Source: a virus
Taxonomy: Duplodnaviria; Caudoviricetes
Strand: one strand, 5' to 3'
Virus record (IMG/VR): IMGVR_UViG_2852055501_000007
Span: 1 to 64,000 of that record
Length of the DNA: 64,000 bases
In this document: positions 30,881 through 42,097 of the stretch, piece after piece
Position numbering within the stretch: position 1 is the stretch's first letter
How the letters are laid out: each line of letters starts with the position of its first letter
Program-made: the position numbers and the translations under genes
Notes under the pieces: model-generated
Database searches by the model: none
Told to the model about the DNA's origin: nothing
The model's input: only the letters and a program-made list of their open reading frames with translations

Positions 30881-30910
30881 CGTTTATCTCTCCGCACTCC
30901 GTACAGCGCA

Positions 30911-31930
30911 TTAACCAAAAACGCCGATCCCGTATGACCGGTTCATAAATCTAAATAACAACTCCAGCTGGCTGCCGTGTTTCCGCTCCCAGGCGTTCAC
31001 ATCCCGGTGTAACTCGTCATGGTGAATACGGCACAGCGGGATGGTAAAAATGTCGTGTGCCTTTGTACCGGTACCGCCGGTGCCGTGCCCGATGATGTGA
31101 TGCGGGTCATCTGCCTGCTGACCACATACGCAACACGGCTGACTCTTCACCCATTGCAGGTACTTCGGACACTCCCAGCGCTTTAACTTCGGGATCCGCA
31201 TAAAACTTGCTGGTGGTTCCGGCTCTATATCAGGAACAATGACAGGTTTTATCTGCTCAACGATGTCCTGAACAATCCGGCTGTGTGAGCGCGTCCGGTG
31301 AACGATGGAATGCTCCGTCATGGTGCCGCCGGTTATCTCTTCTTCCGGTGACTGCATCAGAATGTAAGAACAGATGAAGGCCGGAAGATGCTCACTGACA
31401 CGATGCATCACAGACCAGGTGAACAAATCGGAAGGATTCAGAAGATGATCGCCGGGCAACCGTAAATCGATAAATATGCTCTGCGCCACAAATGCCCGCT
31501 GGTTGCGTAACAGAATTTTGTCCGCCTGCTGCTGGCAGTACTCTCCCTTCCTGAGAATATTGTCATGATGCCAGCACGTCCGGATAAAACCGTCTTTGTG
31601 GCGGGTCATGGTCAGTTCATGGTGATGATACGGATCTGCTTCGTCGTCAATCTGGCAATGATTTACTGATGAAACGTAATGACGAAATCCCTGTAAACCA
31701 CCGGCAGCTTTTACCACGGCGGGATTGTCCAGGAAACGCAGTACCCGCTCATCTGTCAGCAGCGGCTGTGCATCTGCAGGAACGCGGCCGGACGGAATGC
31801 CATCCATTGAACGGGGAGCCGCACTCACAACATAACGGGCACCGTTCCGGAAGTTGCAAATCTCAGCACCGGGATTAAACATCAGGATCCGGGTATCTTT
31901 CTGAACAAAGCCGGTTAACAGATAATTCAT
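30911..31930 (-). CDS. DUF968 (YdfU-like) protein
   Basis: YLQWVKSQPCCVCG..DDPHH..PLCRIHH. Confidence 0.85.
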   Translation of the reverse strand: MNYLLTGFVQKDTRILMFNPGAEICNFRNGARYVVSAAPRSMDGIPSGRVPADAQPLLTDERVLRFLDNPAVVKAAGGLQGFRHYVSSVNHCQIDDEADPYHHHELTMTRHKDGFIRTCWHHDNILRKGEYCQQQADKILLRNQRAFVAQSIFIDLRLPGDHLLNPSDLFTWSVMHRVSEHLPAFICSYILMQSPEEEITGGTMTEHSIVHRTRSHSRIVQDIVEQIKPVIVPDIEPEPPASFMRIPKLKRWECPKYLQWVKSQPCCVCGQQADDPHHIIGHGTGGTGTKAHDIFTIPLCRIHHDELHRDVNAWERKHGSQLELLFRFMNRSYGIGVFG

Positions 31931-32721
31931 CAGGCCACCGCCGGAGTCATCATCAGTGCCAGCAGTTCCGCTGATTTGCTCTCAAAGAAATGCGGCTGCG
32001 TTTCCCTCGGGTTCGCCGGAGATATGATATTTTTGCCGTACAGAAGCCCCTTTGATGTGACAGACCAGAACAGTTTTTGTGTTCCCTTCGAACCCGGCCG
32101 GGCTTTCTGTTCGACAATCCCCAGTTCAGCAAGACGTTTGTATGCTCTGGTCGCAGACAAGGCTGCATTGTGATTTTTCAGCAGCGTAGTCAGAGAGGTT
32201 GTCGGTCTGCTGGAGCCATCCACCGCGCCCGCCGGTGCATCAATCGCATAGGAGGGAGCCAGATCCGGAAGACCAGCCATTTTTTGCAGTTTCTGATACC
32301 CGCCCAGTTTTGAGGAATTCGACAGATTCAGCGTTTTCGCCATAGACTCCAGCAGGATAGCGCCTGCCTGTACCTTATCGGCCAGCTGTACCGCCTGCTG
32401 TGTTCCGGCCACCGCATCGAACGTACGGATAACCTTCAGGTTGAACAGCGGGCTTATCCACATGGCATAGGCATAAACAACCTCACGGGCAACATATGTC
32501 CCCTGCTCCGTACCGCCGCGAATGGTGTCTACAGAGGCGATGCTCATATCTGAGCATCGGTCGATTTCTGAACACAATGCCTGTGTTGATTCCATCCGCA
32601 TAAAGTTAGATGGCTTATGGCGCTCTTCACCCCCGGCGGCACGGTGTAAATCATTCAGGCAATAGCGACCGGCCATGTCCCGGCGCACATTAATACCGTC
32701 AACAATAATCAGATTGCTCAT
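31930..32721 (-). CDS. KilA-N domain protein
   Basis: GRYCLNDLHRA..GTY..YAMWISP.F. Confidence 0.9.
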   Translation of the reverse strand: MSNLIIVDGINVRRDMAGRYCLNDLHRAAGGEERHKPSNFMRMESTQALCSEIDRCSDMSIASVDTIRGGTEQGTYVAREVVYAYAMWISPLFNLKVIRTFDAVAGTQQAVQLADKVQAGAILLESMAKTLNLSNSSKLGGYQKLQKMAGLPDLAPSYAIDAPAGAVDGSSRPTTSLTTLLKNHNAALSATRAYKRLAELGIVEQKARPGSKGTQKLFWSVTSKGLLYGKNIISPANPRETQPHFFESKSAELLALMMTPAVA

Positions 32722-33161
32722 CGTTTATCTCTCCGCTCATTAAGCGCAGCCGTATACTGCGCCTCACATCGCAGACCGTTTTTTCTTCTCAGTTCCCGCT
32801 GTTTTGCCGTGAAAGCCGTAAACAACCGGTTATAGACGGATACAAATTCCCGTTCGGTGAGAGTGGCCCGGTTATCTTCCGGTACCGGGTCCGTACAGCG
32901 GACCTTTTTTACTCCCCGCCGACAGGCTGCCACCAGTTCCTCATATTCGCGGACTTTCTCCTGTGCATCCGGCAATATCCGGAAAGCCATCCGGTCATTC
33001 CCCCTCCACCGGGTCGGCGTGACCGCTTCAATCTTCGCTAAAACCCTGACAGCTGACTGGCTGATACTGCGTGATACGCCGTATTTCTCCATGATGTACC
33101 CGGAGGTGATTTCAGTTCCGGCCGGTTCCTCTGCCGCAATTCGGGTGTAAAGCATCATCAC
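32718..33161 (-). CDS. Hypothetical phage protein (possible winged HTH)
   Basis: Coupled ORF in the early operon. Confidence 0.6.
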   Translation of the reverse strand: MMMLYTRIAAEEPAGTEITSGYIMEKYGVSRSISQSAVRVLAKIEAVTPTRWRGNDRMAFRILPDAQEKVREYEELVAACRRGVKKVRCTDPVPEDNRATLTEREFVSVYNRLFTAFTAKQRELRRKNGLRCEAQYTAALNERRDKR

Positions 33162-34045
33162 GCAACCTCCCGTTCTTTTGCGGCCTGCTCTGTGGCCTGT
33201 TTCCAGATATCAATCCAGGTCTTACGCCCCATGAACTCGGTCATGCGACGGATGCCCGTTTTACCGGCGAGCTCAGCCGCTATCTCCTCAGTACGGTTCC
33301 GGGGTTTTGAGCGGGAGCTGATCAGGCGGGTGAATGCCTCGTCACGCTCTATGGAGTTAGTGTTGTTTCCTGCAGTTCTGCGTTTGAAGTTGGCAGCCTG
33401 TCCAAGCCAGTAGCTGAATGCGCGGTGCCAGTCGGTATATTTCGTACCCTTGCTGGCGTGGTAATCGCTGAACTTCTGATACTCTTCCTGAACATCCAGT
33501 CCGGATGCCTCGGCTTTTCGGGCATGGTCAGCTGCCGGTCGGAAATTTTCCGGCATGGCTGTTTTGGGGCCGGATTTTTCAGTACGCGGGATAATATTTT
33601 TATTATCTGGATCTATGATCGGATCATGACTGATTCCGGGTGCAGCTCCTGCACCACTACCGGAACCATTTGCACCACCCGGTGCATCTGCTGCACCAGT
33701 CCGGGAACCATTTGCACCACTCACCCCCGCAGGATTTGCACCACAGGATGCAGGAGATTCACCACTCACAGCGGTAGCATTCAGGCACAGATGATAAATA
33801 TTTGACTGGTTCAGACCGTTGGCCGATTTTCGTGACTCAACACGAACCAGCCCCATTTTCACCAGGGCATTGATGTGGTTCTGCACTGAGCGTTCAGATA
33901 TTTCACACTGCTCAGCAATGTACGGCACAGACGGCCATGATTCCCCCTGGTCGTTGGCATTGTCCGCCAGTTTGACCAGTACCAGTTTTCGCAGCGGGTT
34001 GCCTGTTTTTATCTGCAAAGCCCGTGCAGTTAAAATCATGCTCAT
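33158..34045 (-). CDS. Replication initiator (N-terminal HTH)
   Basis: KLVLVKLADNANDQGESWPS..IAEQCE; internal iterons. Confidence 0.88.
   Translation of the reverse strand: MSMILTARALQIKTGNPLRKLVLVKLADNANDQGESWPSVPYIAEQCEISERSVQNHINALVKMGLVRVESRKSANGLNQSNIYHLCLNATAVSGESPASCGANPAGVSGANGSRTGAADAPGGANGSGSGAGAAPGISHDPIIDPDNKNIIPRTEKSGPKTAMPENFRPAADHARKAEASGLDVQEEYQKFSDYHASKGTKYTDWHRAFSYWLGQAANFKRRTAGNNTNSIERDEAFTRLISSRSKPRNRTEEIAAELAGKTGIRRMTEFMGRKTWIDIWKQATEQAAKEREVA
33640..33770. repeat. Iteron-like repeats, probable phage origin
   Basis: TGCACCA five times, including GGAACCATTTGCACCA twice, inside the initiator gene. Confidence 0.7.
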
Positions 34046-34236
34046 GGTTTCACCTCATCCTGACAGCGTGCATACCGTTCCTGAAAGATTTTCAGCGGTT
34101 CAAAGCACGGGTGCTCATAACCGTCACGCATGAAAATCACCCGGCTGTTTTCCCGGTCATACCGGATAACTCGGACTTTCCGTCCCCGCTTATCGGTGTA
34201 ATACCGGTTCAGATTGTCAGCTGTTTCTTCAGGCAT
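34042..34236 (-). CDS. DUF4222-like small protein
   Basis: YTDKRGRKVRVIRYD..VIFMRDGY. Confidence 0.75.
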   Translation of the reverse strand: MPEETADNLNRYYTDKRGRKVRVIRYDRENSRVIFMRDGYEHPCFEPLKIFQERYARCQDEVKP

Positions 34237-34429
34237 CCTGACCTCCGCTACGGTAATAAAACTGTGACCAGCTGTCCTCCACCTTTTGCCGGTCTACCAT
34301 TTCCGGTTTTTTCCGGTAGTTGTCAGCTGTGCCGCAACCCGGTATGCTTTCCACATAACGAAGTGGTTCACTGCCGGTAACAATGCATTTGAATTGCCTT
34401 TCCGGTATTGAATGAGTTAATCTGCTCAT
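34229..34429 (-). CDS. Hypothetical phage protein
   Basis: Coupled 66-aa ORF. Confidence 0.55.
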   Translation of the reverse strand: MSRLTHSIPERQFKCIVTGSEPLRYVESIPGCGTADNYRKKPEMVDRQKVEDSWSQFYYRSGGQDA

Positions 34430-34492
34430 GCGTTTATCTCTTCACACAATTGATATGGCGCGATCGAAGCCGGGAGCCGTATACTCCCGGCT

Positions 34493-34957
34493 TCACCCTT
34501 TCTGAGTCCGGGTAAATAAAATAATCGTGGATTCAACCTCATCTGTTCTGGCCTGCATGTCTCTGTAGTGTGCAGTCCGTATTGCATCCGCTTCTCCTGT
34601 GGTGATTTCTCCGTCCTCAATAGCCTTACTGATGCACAAATCCACTGCCCCGCGCATAACGGATGCCCTGACGCTCTTTTCGTATAAGTCAGTACGGCCG
34701 ATTTCACTTTTTTTCGGGCTGTCCACCAGCAGCATTCCGGACTCCGCCGCGACATATTCGGCATACAGCACAGTTCCGGAGACTTCCTGCATCACCATCA
34801 GGTCATGGTGATCAAAGAACCGGCAGCCGTTTTTCTCATAAAACCGGTTATTGAATGACGTCAGGGACAAGCCAAGGGAACCGGCCATTGCATCACGTCC
34901 GCCGGGGACCAGACTGCACATCTCTCTTACAACTTCTTTCAGGGATTGGTTTTTCAT
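34493..34957 (-). CDS. YmfL-family (CII-like) regulator
   Basis: GGRDAMAG..FNNRFYEKNGCRFF. Confidence 0.8.
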   Translation of the reverse strand: MKNQSLKEVVREMCSLVPGGRDAMAGSLGLSLTSFNNRFYEKNGCRFFDHHDLMVMQEVSGTVLYAEYVAAESGMLLVDSPKKSEIGRTDLYEKSVRASVMRGAVDLCISKAIEDGEITTGEADAIRTAHYRDMQARTDEVESTIILFTRTQKG

Positions 34958-34986
34958 TGCCTACTCACTTTCAGATTGGGTTGTAG

Positions 34987-35186
34987 TTAACCGTGCTTTT
35001 CCGTGCTGCTATGCTGATAAAGTGCAGGGTTGTACTTGAGTTTTCCGTTTGTGAGCCGCTCAATTTTCAAAGCTTGTTTTTCGGGAATAGTTTTCTTCCA
35101 GCGGCAAACTGCCGGATGACTGATATTAAGAGCTGCGGCTGTTTTTTTACTCCGCCGAAAAAATGAAGAACATCTCTCTTCAACAT
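34987..35186 (-). pseudogene. cro: Cro-like repressor with a one-base frameshift
   Basis: RBS + ATG at 35186 (MLKRDVLHFFGGVKK..) joins TAAALNISHPAVCRW only if the A7 run at 35142-35148 is A8. Confidence 0.75.
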
Positions 35187-35220
35187 TTGTACGACTCCTC
35201 AGACCTTTGAACACAAGAAA

Positions 35221-35284
35221 GGTAACAAAAGGTACAATAACATGCAAACACATTTCACATCATTGTGATGTAACATTGGTTACA
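35221..35284. promoter_or_regulatory. Operators between cro and cI
   Basis: GGTAAC-N4-GGTACA (35221-35236) and perfect TGTAAC-N4-GTTACA (35269-35284). Confidence 0.7.
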
Positions 35285-35943
35285 TGAAAACGGAAATGAA
35301 CGAACGCATCAAAGCTCGTCGTACGCAACTCAATATGACGCAACAATCCTTGGCAAAAATGCTCGGGGTCTCACGCGTATCCGTTACAAAATGGGAGACA
35401 GGTGTCACAAAACCAGATGGTGAAAACCTTCACATGCTGGCTAAATCACTGGATGTCTCTCCTGAATGGTTACTATTTGGCGGAAATGAACCACTTTCGA
35501 CTGAACTGGTATCTGCAAGAAAAACCATTGCTGTCAAACAAATCCCTGTTATATCTGCCGTACAAGCCGGTGACTGGACATCAACATACGCATCAGCAAC
35601 TATTGATGATGTACTTCGCTGGGTTAACACAACCGCCCGGGTATCTGAAAGTGCGTTTGGCCTTGATGTTAAGGGTGATTCAATGACAAACCCAAATGGG
35701 GCACCAACAATCCCTGAAGGCTCAACAGTCATTGTTGAAACACAATTTGGAAGTATAGAAGATCTATATGGAAAAATTGTTGTTGCAATACTCGATGGCA
35801 CATCAGACGCCACAATCAAAAAACTAGTCTGGGATGCCCCCTATACCTACCTGATTCCGCTGAACCCCAATTTCAAACCGATAGTAGTCAATGGTAACTG
35901 TCGAATCATTGGTAGGGTTATTCAGGTTATTCAAAACATCTGA
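35284..35943 (+). CDS. cI: CI repressor (HTH + S24 autopeptidase)
   Basis: QSLAKMLGVSRVSVTKWE, VQAG cleavage site, VKGDSM, TIKKL. Confidence 0.93.
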   Translation: MKTEMNERIKARRTQLNMTQQSLAKMLGVSRVSVTKWETGVTKPDGENLHMLAKSLDVSPEWLLFGGNEPLSTELVSARKTIAVKQIPVISAVQAGDWTSTYASATIDDVLRWVNTTARVSESAFGLDVKGDSMTNPNGAPTIPEGSTVIVETQFGSIEDLYGKIVVAILDGTSDATIKKLVWDAPYTYLIPLNPNFKPIVVNGNCRIIGRVIQVIQNI

Positions 35944-35979
35944 TTTATCCCTCCCTCATTTGCCTTATCTATGCAGCAA

Positions 35980-36062
35980 TGTAACTTTTTTTACACTAAC
36001 TATTGACCGCAAATGTAACTTAAGGTACTTTTTATTTCATGTAAGAGGTACCATTTTTTACA
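35980..36062 (+). promoter_or_regulatory. pL-like promoter with three operators
   Basis: TGTAAC-N4-like sites at 35980, 36014, 36047; TTGACC-17-TACTTT at 36003-36031. Confidence 0.7.
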
Positions 36063-36072
36063 TGAGGCCAAT

Positions 36073-36285
36073 ATGAACCAAGAACCAATCATCACTACCA
36101 ACAACATGTCAGCAGACGAAGTTGCGGCGTGGATTACTGAAAAAGCCCGGGCGCTTCAAAAACTGCAATCACTCCGTGCTGAGCGCCAAAGAGAGATACG
36201 TGACCACGAGCGCACTATGGCCCGCCTCGATGAAGACATCGCCAGATGGGAAGACTTCTGTGCTTTAACAGTACAACCGCAGTAA
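36073..36285 (+). CDS. Hypothetical early protein
   Basis: 70-aa ORF with RBS after pL. Confidence 0.65.
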   Translation: MNQEPIITTNNMSADEVAAWITEKARALQKLQSLRAERQREIRDHERTMARLDEDIARWEDFCALTVQPQ

Positions 36286-36462
36286 CGCCTGCATATCTGA
36301 ATAACTGTGTGAAGAGTAAGACGACAAAAATAATAACGGTGTAATCCCTTGTTCGCGGCTGTGCAGCTCTGAACCTTAAAACGGAGGAGCGATGATAATG
36401 TCCGTCTGCCAGCCGCAATTTTTTAAACCGCCAATAACAAATTCTATTGAGGAGACAGACGC

Positions 36463-36625
36463 AATGGACTTTAGTCAGCTGCCAAGAAATATTCAGGAAA
36501 TCGCTGTCGATTTTTTGGAGGAAATAAGTCCGGATGATAAAGAGCCATCACTGAAAGTCATCACATTGATAAGAAATGGATTTACAGATATGTATCAGGC
36601 AATTGCATCTGAAAATGCTCAGTAA
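36463..36625 (+). CDS. Hypothetical early protein
   Basis: GAGGAG RBS before MDFSQLP. Confidence 0.5.
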
Positions 36626-36775
36626 ACCATACTGTCAATAACCAGAAATTAAATACATTACAGCCGGTTAAAAAATTATTTTATTCCGTTTATCCGGCGG
36701 AATTATTGCTGCCCCGCACCGGGAAAAAATAAATTAATACGATATAAAATTATTATCACTAATAAGGAACTGTCT

Positions 36776-37003
36776 ATGTCAAAACAGGATAACCCAAGTG
36801 TTAAGATTAATATTACAGTGACTTTAAATGAAGCACCCTGCATTAATGTTGAGGTAAGTAAGGAATTCAACATACCTGAAAATGCACCTTATATAGCCTC
36901 TTTTTTAAAAAAAATCGGTGAACATATTGCCAGCGAAGGGACGACTACAGAGGCTATAAAAAAAGCAATAAAAGACACCATTAAAAAAAGAAATATTCAC
37001 TGA
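36776..37003 (+). CDS. Hypothetical early protein
   Basis: 75-aa ORF with AAGGA RBS. Confidence 0.55.
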   Translation: MSKQDNPSVKINITVTLNEAPCINVEVSKEFNIPENAPYIASFLKKIGEHIASEGTTTEAIKKAIKDTIKKRNIH

Positions 37004-37065
37004 AGCTACGCTCTTCTTATATCTGAACAGTCTTAATTGTATACGGTGATGTGCAGAGTGTGATT

Positions 37066-37308
37066 ATGAAAATGTTAACTTTGGATGAATGGGCAGAAGA
37101 CCGGTACAGGAGCCGCCCACCTAAACTGGGAACATTACAGCGGTACGCCCGATGCGGTCTGTTTTTCCCACCGGCACAGAAAGAAGGCGGTATTTGGCGC
37201 GTGAGAGAAGATGCCGAACTTGTCGGTAATTTAATCTCACCGGTGATCAGCAAAAGTGACAATCCCAGGTTGCAAAGGATTTTAACTGATGGCTGCCAGA
37301 CCCCGTAA
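37066..37308 (+). CDS. xis: Excisionase
   Basis: LTLDEWA..PP..TL.RYAR..PPAQKEG..WRV; overlaps int. Confidence 0.88.
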   Translation: MKMLTLDEWAEDRYRSRPPKLGTLQRYARCGLFFPPAQKEGGIWRVREDAELVGNLISPVISKSDNPRLQRILTDGCQTP

Positions 37309-38416
37309 AAATAATATCAATATCCCCAACCTGTACCCGTTTTTCAGCAGGAAAACCAGCAAGGTGTACTGGCGCTACAGACATCCCGTCACCGGGAAAT
37401 TCCATTATCTCGGTGACAACGAGGAAGAGGCCAAAATAATCGCGGTTGAGGCTAATCTGCGACTGGCTGAACAGCGAAGCCGCCAGATAATGGCGATAAG
37501 TGATCGGATGGCGAAAATAAAAGGCAAAGAAATCACTGTTAATACCTGGCTGGATAGGTACCAGAAAATCCAATCGGAGCGTCTGGCAGACGGTGAAATA
37601 AAACAGAATACCTTTAAGCAAAAACAGAAACCTGTTGCACTGATGCGTCATGCGTTGTCACAAAAACCATTACCGGCAGTCGATGCCCGTGATATTGCCG
37701 ATATTCTGGATCAGTATAAGGCCAGTGGTCAGCACCGGATGGCTCAGGTTGTCCGTTCAGTGTTAATCGATGTATTCAAAGAAGCGCAGCATGCCGGTGA
37801 AGTTCCGCCCGGATATAACCCAGCTCTCGCTACAAAGCAACCACGGCGAAAGGTCACCCGGCAACGACTTAGTCTGGAAGAATGGCAGAAAATTTATGAT
37901 ATCGCCTGCAAGGACCATAAATATCTCGGAAACGCCATGTTGTTGGCTGTAGTTACCGGACAGCGCCTCGGAGATATTTCAGAAATGAAGTTCCGTGATA
38001 TATGGGATGACTATCTGCATGTCATCCAGCAAAAAACCGGAACGCGGCTTGCTATCCCTCTCTCCCTCCGGTGTCAGGCACTCAATATCAGCCTGCGGGA
38101 TGTGATTGCCGGATGCCGTGATCTGTATGTCAGCAAATATTTAGTCCACTACACACGAAACACATCACAGTCACAGCCCGGCGGCCAGGTAACCGCAAAT
38201 ACCCTGACCACCAACTTTAAAAAAGCCAGGGATAAAACCAATATCGATTGGGGAGAAGGTACGCCTGCAACATTTCATGAAATGCGGTCATTGTCGGAAC
38301 GTTTATACCGACAACAAGGAATTAATACCAAAAACCTGTTGGGTCATAAAAGCCAGCAACAAACCGATAAATATCATGATGATCGTGGCAAAGATTGGAT
38401 AAGAGTGTTGATATAA
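37289..38416 (+). CDS. int: Tyrosine integrase, e14 IntE-like
   Basis: MAARPRKNN start, TGQRLGDI, FHEMRSL, LLGHK..Y catalytic residues. Confidence 0.95.
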   Translation: MAARPRKNNINIPNLYPFFSRKTSKVYWRYRHPVTGKFHYLGDNEEEAKIIAVEANLRLAEQRSRQIMAISDRMAKIKGKEITVNTWLDRYQKIQSERLADGEIKQNTFKQKQKPVALMRHALSQKPLPAVDARDIADILDQYKASGQHRMAQVVRSVLIDVFKEAQHAGEVPPGYNPALATKQPRRKVTRQRLSLEEWQKIYDIACKDHKYLGNAMLLAVVTGQRLGDISEMKFRDIWDDYLHVIQQKTGTRLAIPLSLRCQALNISLRDVIAGCRDLYVSKYLVHYTRNTSQSQPGGQVTANTLTTNFKKARDKTNIDWGEGTPATFHEMRSLSERLYRQQGINTKNLLGHKSQQQTDKYHDDRGKDWIRVLI

Positions 38417-39137
38417 TATTTTATTTGCACATAGTTAAATTTGTATATCTGTCTTCTAGGCTACATATCCGGTTTGTGCCAGCAGCGGAAGTTGTCAAGA
38501 CCACGCTAGATAGGTTGAAATATTGCATATCCTAATGGATATGGATTCTACACATAAAAATGCACTGGTTACTGTTTATGTTACTCATCACTTCCCAATC
38601 GAGGACAAGTCAGCCCTACCCAAGGGAGCAAACTAAACAAATTGCTGAATCAGCATGTCTATCCTAATATAATGTCGTCTACTCTCACTTTGCGTTGGCT
38701 TTTTTTGAGTAAAAAAATAATTTAAATATCGCCTAAAATGCTAACCAATTATCTGGAGAGTAATAAAGAAAATGTGGGTAATTCATTTCTTTCATCGAAT
38801 TATAAAAAAATTCCACAATACGAGAGTTAGAAGTAAATAAAGAGGCAGTACAGTAACTAAGATCTCCGCATCAGATTTTAAAGATAAATTTCCATCCTAT
38901 TGCAATAAAATGAAAACAGAGCAGTTATAAACTATGCTTGTTTTTGTATAAATCCAACATTAATACATACTGATACGATTTTAAGGGTCATGACATTTGT
39001 TACTTATGGCCTCTGTTCATAATAGGTTTCCCGCTCGCCACGCTTAGCCGGGAGGAACAATAGCAGACGTACGAAAATGGTGGCACATTAGATAAATAGC
39101 CTATCAACAATAACATTACTGATAGGCAGTTAGGAAT

Positions 39138-41310
39138 TTAACTCAGTAATTAAAACTGATACTGAGGCTGTTTTAGTTTTTTATTTTTGCCATTTTTTTG
39201 TAATGTGCAGAATAACCTGTATGCTCGAACACTAATCTAAGTCCCTCTTTGAAATCATTATAGTTAAACTCCTTAAAGTCAAAAATATTCTGTCCTAATG
39301 AATGTGATTCTCTGTTTATGTAGCGAATAAAGGACTGAAATCGTGGTTTCTTTAACTCTGGTTTTGAGTGACGTTGCTTAAATCTGCTTTTTGTACAAAG
39401 TTGAAAAAGTATTCAATTATATTCCTCATGCAGTTAGCAATTAAGGCTGGAGGTTGTTTGTCATCATTGATTACTGACCAGTAAGACTGGTAGTCATTTG
39501 TATTTCATCATACTTCATTAAAATAATTGAACTGCCATTAGAGTTTTTAGAAAGCCTAAATAAATTTTGAGTTTCTTTTCTTCTTTCATGGTTTGCATCA
39601 GCAAGTTCATAGAAAAAATATAGACTGTGAGATAAAACAAATACCTGTTCTATTTCATCAGAGTTAAAGAAGTCATTTTTATCAGCTGACCAATATTATA
39701 AACAAAAATATGTGATAAACTTGATACAGGATCGTCAATTATTGCTATTTTCCTTGTTTTACCCTCAGTGGCAATTATTTTACCTCTGAATAGCTCTCTA
39801 AAATATAAAAGGCTGATAATCATTTTTTCGCCTTCACTTAATGATGAGAATATTTTAGAACTAGATTCGTTGCGAACTATACGATAAAGAGTATCTTCAT
39901 ATTTTTCGATATGAAAATCAGTAATTCCGATATCATTTAGACCTTGATTTATGTTGAATACTGCCTCATCTATATTCACAGTAGATCTCTGATATTCAAT
40001 ACGTTCTTTATCTTTGACCTTTATCATTTCTTTTTTTCATCTTTTCTGTATTTTTTGAATGATGATATTATTTGCAATATTTTTATATCGTTGAAATTTA
40101 AAATTGTTTGGTCATACTCATACCTTAAGATCTGCCAAAACGATATCTTTATTTTTCTAATTCATCTTTTGCATTATCTATTTTAGAATTATGTGTGGCT
40201 ATTTCAGCATTTACTAATTCTATTAATAAATTGAAGTTATCAACAGAGTTAGATGTATCAGCCAGAGTTACTGTATTACTGGATTTATTACTTTCTGCTT
40301 TATTAGGTCTAGATTTTTCTCTGTATCTTTACTTAATTGGTTATAATAGTCACTTAATTTAATTATATGGTTGGCAGAAAATTTGCATTCTTATAATTAT
40401 CCAGTGAAGGAATTCCGTCAATCAATGACTTATATTTAGTTTGAATATACTTTATTTTTTCTACACTATTTTATATGTCTCGTCGAAATAATTACGAATA
40501 TGCTGAACCAAGTTTTCAGTAATAGTTTGAGATTGACAAAATGGACACTGGGAATCCCTGTTTGTTCTAAGTATTTTAGCCCTTCATTTACCCAATCTGA
40601 GTTCTGAAGCTTACTTATAAGATATGAACGGACTGTCTGTACTTCCCACAATGACATCTTGAAGTAATTTCACTTCATCAAATGATAATTCAATGGTGTC
40701 AATTTTCTCTAACATGTTGTATTTAATTGCTGTCTTGCCATCAACCGCACTTGCTTCTTCTTTAGGTCAGAGATTTTTTGATGGCTTAGGACTAGGCAAA
40801 GGAATGGAGCAAAGATGGTTAAATAGTGATTCTTACTTCCCATTTTTCCTGACAAACAAAATTCAAGGACCCTATCACCACCTGAATAGTTGGTTTTTAT
40901 TTCCCATGTTTTATTTGAGCTTGTTTTTTGAATCAGAAATAATGGTATTTTGTGCTGAAATTTCATTTTCAATTTCACGTTTTTCATCAGTCAATTTTAT
41001 TATTTTTAATGTAAGGCTCTCAACCTTTTCTTTTGCTTCTTTATTTCTTTGGATAAACTAAATATTCCATTTAGAGAATCCTTTGCATAAAATTATCCTG
41101 AATGAATTTTTGATTATAGACAAGGATTTCATCATACTCACCTGAGTGAGAACAATGCTGATATTTTTCATTCTCTATATCATAGAAATAATTAGAGAGA
41201 GTACTTTTGCCTGTTCCATTTAAACCATAAATAATATTTACTTTTTATCAGTATTTAATTCTGATTTGACTTATAACTTGCAACTTTATTAGCACTATAT
41301 TGTTTATCAT
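39138..41310 (-). pseudogene. RloC-like AAA/ABC ATPase - zinc hook - HEPN protein, multiply frameshifted
   Basis: Fragments give GLNGTGKST, CPFCQ, SLSEGEK, IIDDPVSSL, SHSLYF, CMRNIIEYF, RYINRESH. Confidence 0.75.
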
Positions 41311-41929
41311 GATTTACCCTTTAGATATTCGAGACTAAAGACCCAAGGTTGATAAAGTATCTCTTATGAGAGTCCTAGACAAGTAAGCGAGTGATATTTT
41401 GCGACATAGGCACACAAGGCATTACCTGCTACTGCGGCGCCATATTCTATTCATTGTAGAAGCAGGATATCCGTTAATTGAAAGTGTAGTTTTACAGTTT
41501 TCTATTTTCCATATAGCCAGCCGTCATAACTTTATTTCCATTTTGCTAGTCTGTTTAATTAAAGAATCTATGTGTATAGAATAAGTGTAAACATAATTTA
41601 TGTACCGAAAGTTTGACAGCTCGGTTGTATTTTTATCCGGGTAGACCCAGTTTCATCAAAGTGCAGTCAGGCGCAGAGCCTTTATGCCACAAGTTTCTAA
41701 TTACCCTCAAAATAGGCATTAAAAATGTGCCAGCGAAGTTGTAATGTCCATTACTCGCTCAAAGCGGCCCTCTCCTTACCACACATCTAAACCTCAAATT
41801 ACCCACAATCTGCACAAATTTCATACCGTTTTGCTAAATCATTTTGCAAACTTTTTGATAACCGTTTCAGACTGAACAATAAAAAACGGAACTAATAAGT
41901 TCCCGTTAATTATTTCACTGCAAACTTAA

Positions 41930-42097
41930 TTACATGTGTTTGATGATTGCGTCACCAAACTCTGAGCATTTCAGGAGCTTAGCGCCTTCCATCAGACGTT
42001 CGAAATCGTAAGTGACGGTCTTGGCAGCGATTGCCCCTTCCATTCCTTTAACGATTAAGTCAGCGGCCTCAAACCAGCCCATGTGGCGCAGCAGTAG
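41930..42097 (-). pseudogene. icd: Second icd 3'-end duplicate (att junction) between prophages 1 and 2
   Basis: Near-identical to 1880-2047 (two synonymous differences seen). Confidence 0.95.

Larger units (their letters stand above)
2048..41929. mobile_element. Prophage 1: lambdoid siphophage (HK97-type head, lambda-type tail, e14-like integrase) integrated at icd
   Basis: Full module order int-xis-cI/cro-rep-Q-lysis-head-tail between two icd 3' direct repeats 40,050 bp apart. Confidence 0.93.

Noticed and set aside
33640-33770. Short repeats as a CRISPR array
   Set aside because: Irregular spacing inside the replication gene and no cas genes; better explained as iterons
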